Source: Candidatus Nanoarchaeia archaeon
GTDB taxonomy: Archaea > Nanobdellota > Nanobdellia > SCGC-AAA011-G17 > GW2011-AR20
Direction: 5' to 3'
Assembly: GCA_035288805.1 (NCBI GenBank)
Contig: DATDZG010000036.1
Location: 1 to 45,413 of the forward strand
Length of the DNA stretch: 45,413 nt
Part shown: positions 24,095 to 31,393 of the stretch, one piece after another
Position numbering within the stretch: the stretch's first letter is position 1
Layout: the number at the start of each line of letters is the position of its first letter
Notes under the pieces: model-generated
Database searches by the model: none
What the model was told of the DNA's origin: nothing
The model's input: the letters and a program-made list of their open reading frames with translations, nothing else
Position numbers and translations under genes: made by a program

Positions 24095-24400
24095 ATGGCA
24101 AAGAAAAGCAAATCCCAATTAAAAGACCTAGCATTAAAACGCGTTAAAGATTTATTCAGCGAAGCAGAAATTATCTTTCCAAAGAACAAAGAATTAGCAA
24201 ACAGATACATACAAATTGCAAGAAAAACAGCAATGAAGGTTAATTTAAAACTGCCAAGAAATTTAAAAAGAAAATTCTGCAAGCATTGCTACTCCTATCT
24301 CGTCCCAGGCAAAACTTCAAGAACCCGTATTCATAAATCAAGAGTAACAATCTATTGCTTTACTTGTAAAAAATACATGAGGTTTATGATAAAGGAATAA
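24095..24400 (+). CDS. rnp4: RNase P protein component 4 (Rpp21/Rnp4)
   Basis: 101 aa. It has RVKDLFSEAE...NRYIQIARKTAMK helices and a zinc ribbon (FCKHCYSYLVPG...CFTCKKYMR), typical of Rpp21. Confidence 0.8.
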   Translation: MAKKSKSQLKDLALKRVKDLFSEAEIIFPKNKELANRYIQIARKTAMKVNLKLPRNLKRKFCKHCYSYLVPGKTSRTRIHKSRVTIYCFTCKKYMRFMIKE

Positions 24401-24811
24401 TCACCGGTTCATCAATCCCTTATAAATTCCAGGCCACTCCTTCCTTAAAAAATTTCTTTCAATCCTGACCCAATGGCCAAATCCTCTTTTCAATAATTCC
24501 TTGTTCACAACACCATTTTTATGAGGATGAGTATATTTTCTAGGCAAAGGACTATTAAATCCATGAGCATAATGAGCAAGTTCATGCGCTAAAGTAATAT
24601 CAATCATATACTCAGGTATAATCTCATTCTTAAACAGACCATTAACAACAATCTCACTATCATCCTTAATCTTCTTAATATGCCCAAACTTATTCTTCCA
24701 GCGTCCTTTAAATCTCACATTAACATTATTCAGCTTAGGAACATCGCTATACAATAATCCCCAGATACTCTCAAGTCTATCCTTAAGCCAAACATCATCT
24801 CTCATAACCAA
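24401..24811 (-). CDS. SprT-like/DUF45-like zinc metallopeptidase
   Basis: 136 aa with the HExxH motif in TLAHELAHYAHG. Confidence 0.5.
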   Translation of the reverse strand: MVMRDDVWLKDRLESIWGLLYSDVPKLNNVNVRFKGRWKNKFGHIKKIKDDSEIVVNGLFKNEIIPEYMIDITLAHELAHYAHGFNSPLPRKYTHPHKNGVVNKELLKRGFGHWVRIERNFLRKEWPGIYKGLMNR

Positions 24812-24844
24812 AAATTAATAAAGCTGGTTTATAACTCTTATTAA

Positions 24845-25339
24845 ATGGCACTTAGAGAGAAATCAGCAGGAATTATCTTATTCAGGCGGGAATCCTTTCA
24901 AAAAAAGAGCCCGCTGAATCTAGAATGTTTTAGGTCACTCGGATTGCACGAGTTTTATTTTCTCCTTCTCCAATACGAAGCAGGCCATTGGGATTTTTCA
25001 AAAGGCCATATCGAGCAAGGAGAATCAGAACAGCAGGCAGCAATCCGAGAATTAAAAGAAGAGACAGGCATTACAAAAATCCATATTTATTCAGATTTCA
25101 GGGAAAAAATCAGTTTTTTTTATAAACGCAATACCCAGCTAATCAGCAAAGATGTTGTCTATTTTCTGGCAGAAACAAAAGAAGAAAAAATAAAATTAAC
25201 CGAACATCAAGGATATAAATGGCTCCCTTACGAACAGGCAATCAAGCAGGTAACTTTCAAGAACTCCCAGGAAATTCTAAGAAAAGCAAAAGAGCATATA
25301 AGATTGCAGGATTCTTTCAAAAAACTGATAAGGGAATAA
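24845..25339 (+). CDS. NUDIX hydrolase
   Basis: The Nudix box is GHIEQGESEQQAAIRELKEETGI. Confidence 0.85.
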   Translation: MALREKSAGIILFRRESFQKKSPLNLECFRSLGLHEFYFLLLQYEAGHWDFSKGHIEQGESEQQAAIRELKEETGITKIHIYSDFREKISFFYKRNTQLISKDVVYFLAETKEEKIKLTEHQGYKWLPYEQAIKQVTFKNSQEILRKAKEHIRLQDSFKKLIRE

Positions 25340-25368
25340 CTTTTAAACTTTCTTGTTCTTATCCAACC

Positions 25369-25653
25369 ATGAGTCACATAATAAAACACACTTCAGGAAT
25401 AGTGGAAAGAGTGTATGAAAGAGGTGGAAAGTATTTTGCAGACATAAGAATAAGCTATTCCAGACCATATATGCCAGAAATTTCTAGAGTAGAGAATATG
25501 CCTCTCGAAGAAGGAGAATATCACATCTTGCAAAGAATGCTTGAAGAAAAAAGGAGTAATGACCCGCATCAACAGGCTACAGAAGGATTTAGATTAGATA
25601 TAAATTTAGAGGGAAGAACAGTAATTAATTTAACAAAAACACCTTTAGGATAA
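25369..25653 (+). CDS. Hypothetical protein
   Basis: The start is set at MSHIIKH, with a CTTTTAAAC box about 22 nt upstream. The longer ORF-track start overlaps the NUDIX gene. Confidence 0.4.
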   Translation: MSHIIKHTSGIVERVYERGGKYFADIRISYSRPYMPEISRVENMPLEEGEYHILQRMLEEKRSNDPHQQATEGFRLDINLEGRTVINLTKTPLG

Positions 25654-25669
25654 AACAGGAAAAATAATA

Positions 25670-26140
25670 TTAAATTGTAAATTCTTCAATTCTCGGTTTC
25701 AAAATCTTAACCAAATCTTTAGCTTTCATCAGAGCAGAATGCGTATGCTGTCCAATATTAAAATCAACATCTTCATTCTCCAAAATGCTCTTGTCCATCA
25801 AAATCTCAAGTTTCATTAAAAACCCAAAAGGATGTACACTTCCAATCTCACATCCAGAAATTTTTAAAACCTCTTCAGGACTAGCCAATCGAATATTTTT
25901 AACATGAAGAATCTCTCTTAATCTTTTAGAATCAGCTTTTCTATCTGCTCGTACAAGAATCAGCTTAAATTCATCTTTATCCAGTTTAAATATCAAAGAC
26001 TTAACACCCATTTTCAAAGGCATTCCTCTTTCTTTAGCAGCCTCTTCAGAAGTATAAACAACCCTGTGCACAATCAGTTTATATTTTATTTTTGACTTGT
26101 CAAGAAATTCAATAATCTGTTTAGTCTGTTGTTCTGCCAT
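25670..26140 (-). CDS. YbaK/ProX-type aminoacyl-tRNA deacylase domain protein
   Basis: 156 aa. GVKSLIFKLDKDEFKLILVRADRKADSKRL and GCEIGSVHPFG are typical of YbaK/EbsC editing domains. Confidence 0.7.
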   Translation of the reverse strand: MAEQQTKQIIEFLDKSKIKYKLIVHRVVYTSEEAAKERGMPLKMGVKSLIFKLDKDEFKLILVRADRKADSKRLREILHVKNIRLASPEEVLKISGCEIGSVHPFGFLMKLEILMDKSILENEDVDFNIGQHTHSALMKAKDLVKILKPRIEEFTI

Positions 26141-26825
26141 CTTTATCAGCTTGACTCTTGCCTCTTCTTAATGAATGGTAAGGCTTTCTTAAAAGTCTTC
26201 TTCTCATCTCATTTTCTAAACAAATAGATGCAACATCATATCCCCCGCTCTCTAGTCTTGTCTGCTCTAATTCTTCCACACCAATAATTTCTGAACGAAA
26301 CATATAGTTGTACCTGCTTTTGCTTAGGATGCCTAATTCTTTAAGAGTCGTTCTTAGATAATTCCTAGCCAGCCAGATTTTATCTCCAAGTTCTTTTCCA
26401 GTGAAAAAAGATTCATTGTTGCCATAGTCTAATTCAACTCTTTTTCTTAAAAAATCAAAATCTTGTGAGTAAACAATCCTCTGTGCTTCTATCTCGACAA
26501 AATCTCCTTCCCTAAAACCAGCCTGTTCAGTTTTATCAATAACATCAAACCAAATGCCATATTTTGTTAAGGAATCCGGCTGAGGGATAACATAAAAACA
26601 TCTCCCATTCCTAAAAGCAGCAATGGGGGTTTTATCTGCAATTAAAACAGCACCGCAAATTCCATCTAAAGTGAGGCAATCCCCGCGAATATCTGCCAGC
26701 ATATCAAAACTCAGAATTCTTCTTCTAAATGTTTTACAAACCCACAGAGAAAGAACAGGGTAAATTGCGTCTTGAGTAAAATTATCCCCCCAATCAAAGT
26801 CATCAAAATCATTTTCATTAGCCAT
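26121..26825 (-). CDS. Hypothetical protein (distant paralog of 26861-27505?)
   Basis: 234-aa ORF on the same strand as and tightly packed with rpoN and ybaK. R/E/G/L-rich composition. It shares LWVCKTF and DSLTKYG blocks with the upstream ORF (LFLCRDF, ESLSKYG). Confidence 0.5.
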   Translation of the reverse strand: MANENDFDDFDWGDNFTQDAIYPVLSLWVCKTFRRRILSFDMLADIRGDCLTLDGICGAVLIADKTPIAAFRNGRCFYVIPQPDSLTKYGIWFDVIDKTEQAGFREGDFVEIEAQRIVYSQDFDFLRKRVELDYGNNESFFTGKELGDKIWLARNYLRTTLKELGILSKSRYNYMFRSEIIGVEELEQTRLESGGYDVASICLENEMRRRLLRKPYHSLRRGKSQADKDGRTTD

Positions 26826-26860
26826 AAAAGAAAATAAAACAAAAAACTATAAGAACTTAT

Positions 26861-27505
26861 CTACAGCATGCCTTCTATTTGGAGACGCGTTTTGATGTCA
26901 TCAATCTTATCTTGATGAAAATATGCTGTAAAGCTCTCAACATAATGCACTGAAGAGGGGGTAAGCCCGAGCTGTTCAAAGGCTCTATCAAATGTCTCTT
27001 CACAAGTATCTAAACTTCTTCGGAACAGCGCAAGCTCAATAGAGGTAACAGTAAAATCAAGATTTGAAGATCCCTTTCCTTGGAGCATCTCTCTCGCTTG
27101 AATGTAAAAGGGTCTTCTGGCTGAACATGTAAGTTCAACCCCCGGATACAATTCTCCCCCCCTCAAAGTTCTTTTAGGGCGTAATTCAACACCATACTTT
27201 GAAAGGGATTCATCTCCAGTCATACACCCCACACCATTCAACAATTCTTTGATTATCAGCCTCTCCACTCTCCAAAGATCTCCTTCGAGCTCAAGGGTAG
27301 AATCAGCAAAATCAACTTCACGGCAATAAATAAGAGGAACGCCATTCGGAAGCAAGAAGGTAAGAACCCTTTTCTCAGGAAGCACGATGGGGTTTCCATA
27401 AAGATCATGAAGCTCTTCTCTCATCACACCATGAAGAGAAAAATCTCTGCAAAGAAAAAGAAGGTTGTAAGGGTTTTCAAGAGAATCATGAAAGATTGCA
27501 GGCAT
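26861..27505 (-). CDS. Hypothetical protein translationally coupled to rpoN
   Basis: The ATG at 27505 lies 1 nt after the rpoN stop (27507-27509). 214 aa. No recognised motif. Confidence 0.5.
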   Translation of the reverse strand: MPAIFHDSLENPYNLLFLCRDFSLHGVMREELHDLYGNPIVLPEKRVLTFLLPNGVPLIYCREVDFADSTLELEGDLWRVERLIIKELLNGVGCMTGDESLSKYGVELRPKRTLRGGELYPGVELTCSARRPFYIQAREMLQGKGSSNLDFTVTSIELALFRRSLDTCEETFDRAFEQLGLTPSSVHYVESFTAYFHQDKIDDIKTRLQIEGML

Positions 27506-27506
27506 C

Positions 27507-27707
27507 CTAATCCTTCTTAAACCCAGCAATATCATCAATCAAGTCAATATGCCCAAGGAAAACACTTCTGCAGCATGCTCTTTCCAATCCCAATTCATCC
27601 ATGGTCTCTTTCATATTCTTCTTTCTATGGTCAGTCTTTTCTAAAAAGGTCTCCCATAAATGAGCAATAGGTTTCCCGCATGTCATGCAGCGAATAGGAA
27701 TTATCAT
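27507..27707 (-). CDS. rpoN: DNA-directed RNA polymerase subunit N (Rpo10)
   Basis: 66 aa. MIIPIRCMTCGKPIAHLWE...CCR is the zinc-binding motif. Confidence 0.92.
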   Translation of the reverse strand: MIIPIRCMTCGKPIAHLWETFLEKTDHRKKNMKETMDELGLERACCRSVFLGHIDLIDDIAGFKKD

Positions 27708-27719
27708 AGTAATCTTCCG

Positions 27720-28289
27720 TTAAACTCCCTTTTTAAGCTTTTCTGCTTTCTTTTCTCGTTGCCATTCCCTGGGCGAATAATGAGAATATATTCCATTGTC
27801 CGTAAAGAACTTCAAAGTCTTTGAAAACAACCCCTTGCTCTCTACTTTAACTTGCTCAGTTTCTGGATAAAACAAGTCTTTAGGCAATTTATGTTTTACC
27901 AGTTCCTTCTGCAAAATCTTAAACTGTTTTTCATCAATCTCAAGCTGCCACATGCTCAATCCTTCAATGTAGTTAAATAAGATTCTTTGGTTTTTCCTAT
28001 TATAATCTTCATACAAATACAATCGAAAATAATAAGGCATCAAAGAATGTCGTGTTGCCCAAGAAAATAAATCAGCAATACACTTTTCTTTTTCACGTAA
28101 TGAACGAGGAAGAGTACCCTTCTTATACTTTTCATCTTTATTCTTCTTACCATCTTTTTTAAATGAAGAAAGTAAGTAACATTCATACCCATCACACCAA
28201 TTCATAAAAACATACAAAGAAATCAACAAAGCTTTTTTTGTAGAAAACTTTTCATCATACCAATAATAAGTTTCAGGATAATAAATCAT
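27720..28289 (-). CDS. Hypothetical protein between rps9 and rpoN
   Basis: The start is set at the ATG at 28289 (MIYYPETYYWYDEKF), 1 nt after the rps9 stop. The longer ORF-track start overlaps rps9. 189 aa, Y/K/W-rich, with no recognised motif. Confidence 0.5.
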   Translation of the reverse strand: MIYYPETYYWYDEKFSTKKALLISLYVFMNWCDGYECYLLSSFKKDGKKNKDEKYKKGTLPRSLREKEKCIADLFSWATRHSLMPYYFRLYLYEDYNRKNQRILFNYIEGLSMWQLEIDEKQFKILQKELVKHKLPKDLFYPETEQVKVESKGLFSKTLKFFTDNGIYSHYSPREWQREKKAEKLKKGV

Positions 28290-28290
28290 C

Positions 28291-28695
28291 TTAACGATAA
28301 GATTTTTGGCGTTTAGCACGAGCTTTAGAGTCATTAGGTTTGTACGGCTCTTTTCGTCTGACATCAGCAACGAGAAGATTCCTATCATATGCTAAAAAGT
28401 CTTTCTCTAATTTTTTGCTTCCCGTGTATCCGACCAAAGCTTTTGCAATGGCTAATCTTGAAGCTTCACTTTGTCCAAGCCATCCACCACCTTGAACGAA
28501 TACATTAATATCAACTTTTTTAACAATTTCATCACCAGCAATATGGAGGGGTTCAGAAATTTTTAATTTTCCGAGCAAAGGATTATAATGGTCAAGCAAT
28601 CTTTTATTAATTCTTATTATCCCTTTTCCATCAGTAATAGTTGCCCGAGCTATTGCAAGCTTTCTCCTTCCTGATGTGTGAAATGTTTTTGTCAT
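28291..28695 (-). CDS. rps9: 30S ribosomal protein S9 (uS9)
   Basis: 134 aa. It has GRRKLAIARATI...GGGWLGQSEASRLAIAKAL and the C-terminal KRQKSYR. Confidence 0.93.
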   Translation of the reverse strand: MTKTFHTSGRRKLAIARATITDGKGIIRINKRLLDHYNPLLGKLKISEPLHIAGDEIVKKVDINVFVQGGGWLGQSEASRLAIAKALVGYTGSKKLEKDFLAYDRNLLVADVRRKEPYKPNDSKARAKRQKSYR

Positions 28696-28750
28696 TTTTT
28701 TCCTTTGTTTTTTCTTTCCCGAAGGTTTCTTTTTTACAAAAAAGAAAGGC
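28696..28750 (+). repeat. Hairpin repeat copy filling the whole rpl13-rps9 intercistronic spacer
   Basis: TTTTTTCTTTCCCGAAGG / TTTCTTTTTTACAAAAAAGAAAGG. Confidence 0.7.
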
Positions 28751-29176
28751 TCATCCGTAGTGTTTCTTTCCTCTTAACAGTACAGATAATTCCTCTAAAG
28801 TAACATGTCTTAAGCTTTTTGATTTTCCAATATCGGCTTTTTCTACTTTCATGGCTTCCTTGCCTTCAAACTGGTCAGGAACCCCAAGATAGCATTTTAC
28901 TCTTTTAAAAGCTTCTTGACCTCTTGAAACCTTCCAAGGCAGCATTCCTCTAATGGTTCTTTTCAAGATTCTATCCGAAGTTTTAGGAAAGTAAGGTCCT
29001 TTGAAAGGGTTTCCTCTTTTAACCTTGGCATCATAATGTGCAAGAATCATTTTCTTGCTTCCTGTAATGCAGGCCTTATCAGCATTGATAATATCAACCT
29101 GTTGCCCAAGCAATACCTGCTTCGCAGCATAAGCAGCTATTTTTCCAGCAATCCCATTTTCAGCATCGATTATCAT
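28751..29176 (-). CDS. rpl13: 50S ribosomal protein L13 (uL13)
   Basis: MIIDAENGIAGKIAAYAAKQVLLGQQVDIINADKACITG is the typical uL13 N-terminus. An alternative GTG start at 29182 would overlap the upstream ORF stop. Confidence 0.92.
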   Translation of the reverse strand: MIIDAENGIAGKIAAYAAKQVLLGQQVDIINADKACITGSKKMILAHYDAKVKRGNPFKGPYFPKTSDRILKRTIRGMLPWKVSRGQEAFKRVKCYLGVPDQFEGKEAMKVEKADIGKSKSLRHVTLEELSVLLRGKKHYG

Positions 29177-29178
29177 TT

Positions 29179-29574
29179 TCACACCAAAAATTGAGAGCGT
29201 GCACGTTCTATCACTGCTAAAAGCGTAAATGCAGCAACCTTCTCATTTTCTCCTATGTCTTTATACAATTCCACAACACCCATATGCCCCTCAAGTACTT
29301 CCACAAAACAGGCATCTATTCCACGAGGATTATGATGTTGGATGTCAGTTAACGCTGAAATCTCCCCATCATCTGTTCCTTTTCTTTCCCAAATTCCAGC
29401 AATAATCCTAATAGCTTCTCCTTCCCTCATGCGATATCCAAGAGAGAATCCAAAATTCACATCATCATATTGATACCTCTTATCAAGTGTTTCAGAATTG
29501 CAAGGACCTTCTTGCCATATTCCATTTACACGTTCTGCATATCCTGTTTCAGTTCCACTATTCATCTTAACCAA
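29179..29574 (-). CDS. Hypothetical protein wedged between rpl18e and rpl13
   Basis: 131-aa ORF. Its start overlaps the rpl18e stop by 8 nt and its stop abuts the rpl13 start. It has an internal GIWQEG / GIWERKG echo. No recognised motif. Confidence 0.5.
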   Translation of the reverse strand: MVKMNSGTETGYAERVNGIWQEGPCNSETLDKRYQYDDVNFGFSLGYRMREGEAIRIIAGIWERKGTDDGEISALTDIQHHNPRGIDACFVEVLEGHMGVVELYKDIGENEKVAAFTLLAVIERARSQFLV

Positions 29575-29929
29575 TAATCCTCACTTTGTTTCCCTTAGGA
29601 TTTTTCTTTAATAATTCTTGAATGGAAATCGCTTTTCCTGTTTTATTAATCTTTCCTTCAGCGCTTTCAGAAAATTTATACGCAGCAACAATATTTTTCT
29701 TATTAAATTCTCCAAGACTTAAAACCTTGCCAGGCACAATTGCGGTTTCTCCTTCTCTAACACTCTCTTGTAAAGTATACAAATTAACCTCTCTTCTTAT
29801 TCTCCGGGGTCTTTCTAAATCTGCTGCAATCCTTAGCCAGAGAGGGACCTTTTGCTCTCTTCCTGCTTTTTTAAGTTCAACAATAAGATTTTGCAGTTCT
29901 AATGTTGAAGGTCCTGTTCTTTTTGACAT
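29567..29929 (-). CDS. rpl18e: 50S ribosomal protein L18e
   Basis: 120 aa. It has LIVELKKAGREQKVPLWLRIAADLERPRR...VPGKVL, typical of archaeal L18e. Confidence 0.88.
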   Translation of the reverse strand: MSKRTGPSTLELQNLIVELKKAGREQKVPLWLRIAADLERPRRIRREVNLYTLQESVREGETAIVPGKVLSLGEFNKKNIVAAYKFSESAEGKINKTGKAISIQELLKKNPKGNKVRIIG

Positions 29930-30040
29930 GTTGTATCTCTAAATTATTTTTAATGCTCTGCAGTAGAAAAAACATCTCTACTATATGCGTAAGCTCGCAG
30001 AGGTATAATGAATGGAAAATGCGGTGTTTTTAAACCTATT

Positions 30041-30064
30041 GTTTTCTTTTTGGAAGAAAAGAAA
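30041..30064 (+). repeat. Partial hairpin repeat just 3' of the tRNA
   Basis: GTTTTCTTTTTGGAAGAAAAGAAA. Confidence 0.4.
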
Positions 30065-30067
30065 TTG

Positions 30068-30214
30068 TGCGGAGAACAGGATTCGAAATCGCAGCCTCTT
30101 AGGATTCTCGGTTTTCTTTCCCGAGGGTTTCTTTTCCCAAAAGAAAGGCTCCTGCGTAGGCACTAAGCCACCAGCTCCTTAGGCTGGCGCGTTTGACCAC
30201 TCCGCCATCTCCGC
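30068..30214 (-). tRNA. tRNA-Leu, anticodon read as AAG, with a ~63-nt intron in the T-arm (30088-30150)
   Basis: The minus strand reads GCGGAGA-TG-GCGGAGTGGTCAAACGC-G-CCAGC-CTAAGGA-GCTGG-T-GGCTTAGTGCC-TAC-GCAGG-[intron]-TTCGAAT-CCTGT-TCTCCGC-A. It has a class II long variable arm. The T-stem GCAGG/CCTGT forms only if 30088-30150 is removed. No CCA is encoded. A TATA box lies at 30240-30247. Confidence 0.75.
30110..30149 (+). repeat. Hairpin repeat copy forming most of the tRNA intron
   Basis: GGTTTTCTTTCCCGAGGG / TTTCTTTTCCCAAAAGAAAGGC. Near-identical module to 28710-28750. Confidence 0.65.
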
Positions 30215-30239
30215 ATAAATAAGAAAAACACATGCAGCA

Positions 30240-30247
30240 TTTATAAC
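30240..30247 (-). promoter_or_regulatory. Archaeal TATA box of tRNA-Leu
   Basis: The minus strand reads TTATAAAT, about 26 nt upstream of the tRNA 5' end at 30214. Confidence 0.5.
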
Positions 30248-30313
30248 TGTTTTTATGTGTGGCTAGGTAGAAATAATCGGAAGGTTTATATATACATGCA
30301 TATGCATATGCAT

Positions 30314-30547
30314 ATGGTAAAAGTGATATCTCTATCAGAACACGCATACGCAAGTCTAAAAAATCTCAAAGAAGGAAGCGATTCTTTCTCTGAAGTAGTA
30401 TTAAGGTTGATACATAAAGAAAAGAAAAAATCCTTATTATCTTTCGCAGGAATTTGGAAAGACATGCCAGAAATGGATCTAGTTTTTAATGACATTCTTT
30501 CAGAAAGGCACAAAACAAAAGATAGGAAATTGAATCTGAAATGGTAG
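30314..30547 (+). CDS. VapB-like antitoxin
   Basis: MVKVISLSEHAYASLKNLKEGSDSFSEVVLRL is typical of small archaeal VapB/DUF217-type antitoxins. It overlaps the downstream PIN gene by 7 nt. The start is chosen 21 nt after a GTTTATATATA box. Confidence 0.6.
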   Translation: MVKVISLSEHAYASLKNLKEGSDSFSEVVLRLIHKEKKKSLLSFAGIWKDMPEMDLVFNDILSERHKTKDRKLNLKW

Positions 30548-30936
30548 TGCTTGATACCGATATACTCATCGGACTTTTAAGAAATAATGGGGAAGCCGTA
30601 ACAAAAATACAGGAATTGGAGCAGCAATACTCAAATAGATATACAACATCCATATCATCGTACGAGCTGTTGAAGGGAGCATACCAATCTTCAAATCCCT
30701 CAAAAGGCATAACTCAAGTTTCAACCATGTTGCAAAGTCTAACAATACTAGATTTTGATTTCAACTCCTCAAAGATAAGTGCACAGATTTTTAGCTATTT
30801 AAAGAAAAAGGGGGTATTAACCAGCTCAATGGATCAAATGATTGCAGCAATAGCAATTTCTCAGGGTAAGATTTTAGTAACAAGGAATGCGAAGCATTAT
30901 CAGCATATACCTCATTTGAAAATTGAGGAATGGTAA
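30541..30936 (+). CDS. vapC: PIN-domain toxin VapC
   Basis: MVVLDTDILIGLL..., ...SSYELLKG..., ...SSMDQMIAAIAISQGKILVTRNAKHY are the four conserved acidic and T.N blocks of PIN. Confidence 0.8.
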   Translation: MVVLDTDILIGLLRNNGEAVTKIQELEQQYSNRYTTSISSYELLKGAYQSSNPSKGITQVSTMLQSLTILDFDFNSSKISAQIFSYLKKKGVLTSSMDQMIAAIAISQGKILVTRNAKHYQHIPHLKIEEW

Positions 30937-31075
30937 AACTCAAGAAATTACTTTTAATTATTTTGTTTTGATGTATTAAATCACATTCTTCTATTTTGTG
31001 GATCAATCATAGCGATATAATTTCTAAGCTCTCTTAATTCAGGATCTTCAATTTGAGACATGATTTCAGCTTGTT

Positions 31076-31387
31076 TTAATTCTGCACAAAAATCCATAAG
31101 ATGCCTTGCCAGTGTCCTTCCAAACAAAACAAATAATCTTGTCTATGAGAATATTCAATCAACCCAGAAAGATTCTCCCCAAGAGCATATTCTTTTTCAT
31201 AGATAACAAAGATGTGCAATACAGCACCGCCGTGGCTTCTCAAAAGTCTTTTAAGCACATCTCCCCTTTCTTCTTCAGTTAAGCCTTCAGGTAATTGAGA
31301 TAAATAAAAATCATACAATTTTCTATAAGAACGAAGGGACGATTCACGCGAAACTTTTTCTTGATTTAAAACCTGCATGTTAACCAC
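31076..31387 (-). CDS. Hypothetical protein immediately downstream of rpoD
   Basis: 103-aa ORF that starts 6 nt after the rpoD stop. No recognised motif. Confidence 0.4.
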   Translation of the reverse strand: MVNMQVLNQEKVSRESSLRSYRKLYDFYLSQLPEGLTEEERGDVLKRLLRSHGGAVLHIFVIYEKEYALGENLSGLIEYSHRQDYLFCLEGHWQGILWIFVQN

Positions 31388-31393
31388 AGAAAA

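Noticed and set aside
28290-28388. N-terminal extensions in the ORF track that overlap upstream genes (27720-28388 over rps9, 3223-3258 over sigma 2, 25219-25368 over the NUDIX gene, 27506-27538 over rpoN)
   Set aside because: Internal ATGs placed immediately after the upstream stop, or at correct TATA spacing, give more parsimonious gene models. For the sigma gene, the paralog alignment supports the shorter form.
30296-30316. CATATG-type microsatellite encoding an MHMHMHM N-terminal extension of the antitoxin (possible metal-binding tail)
   Set aside because: The TATA-like box at about 30283-30293 would place the transcript start inside or after the repeat. The antitoxin alignment starts naturally at MVKVISL, so the repeat is probably promoter-proximal DNA and not coding.
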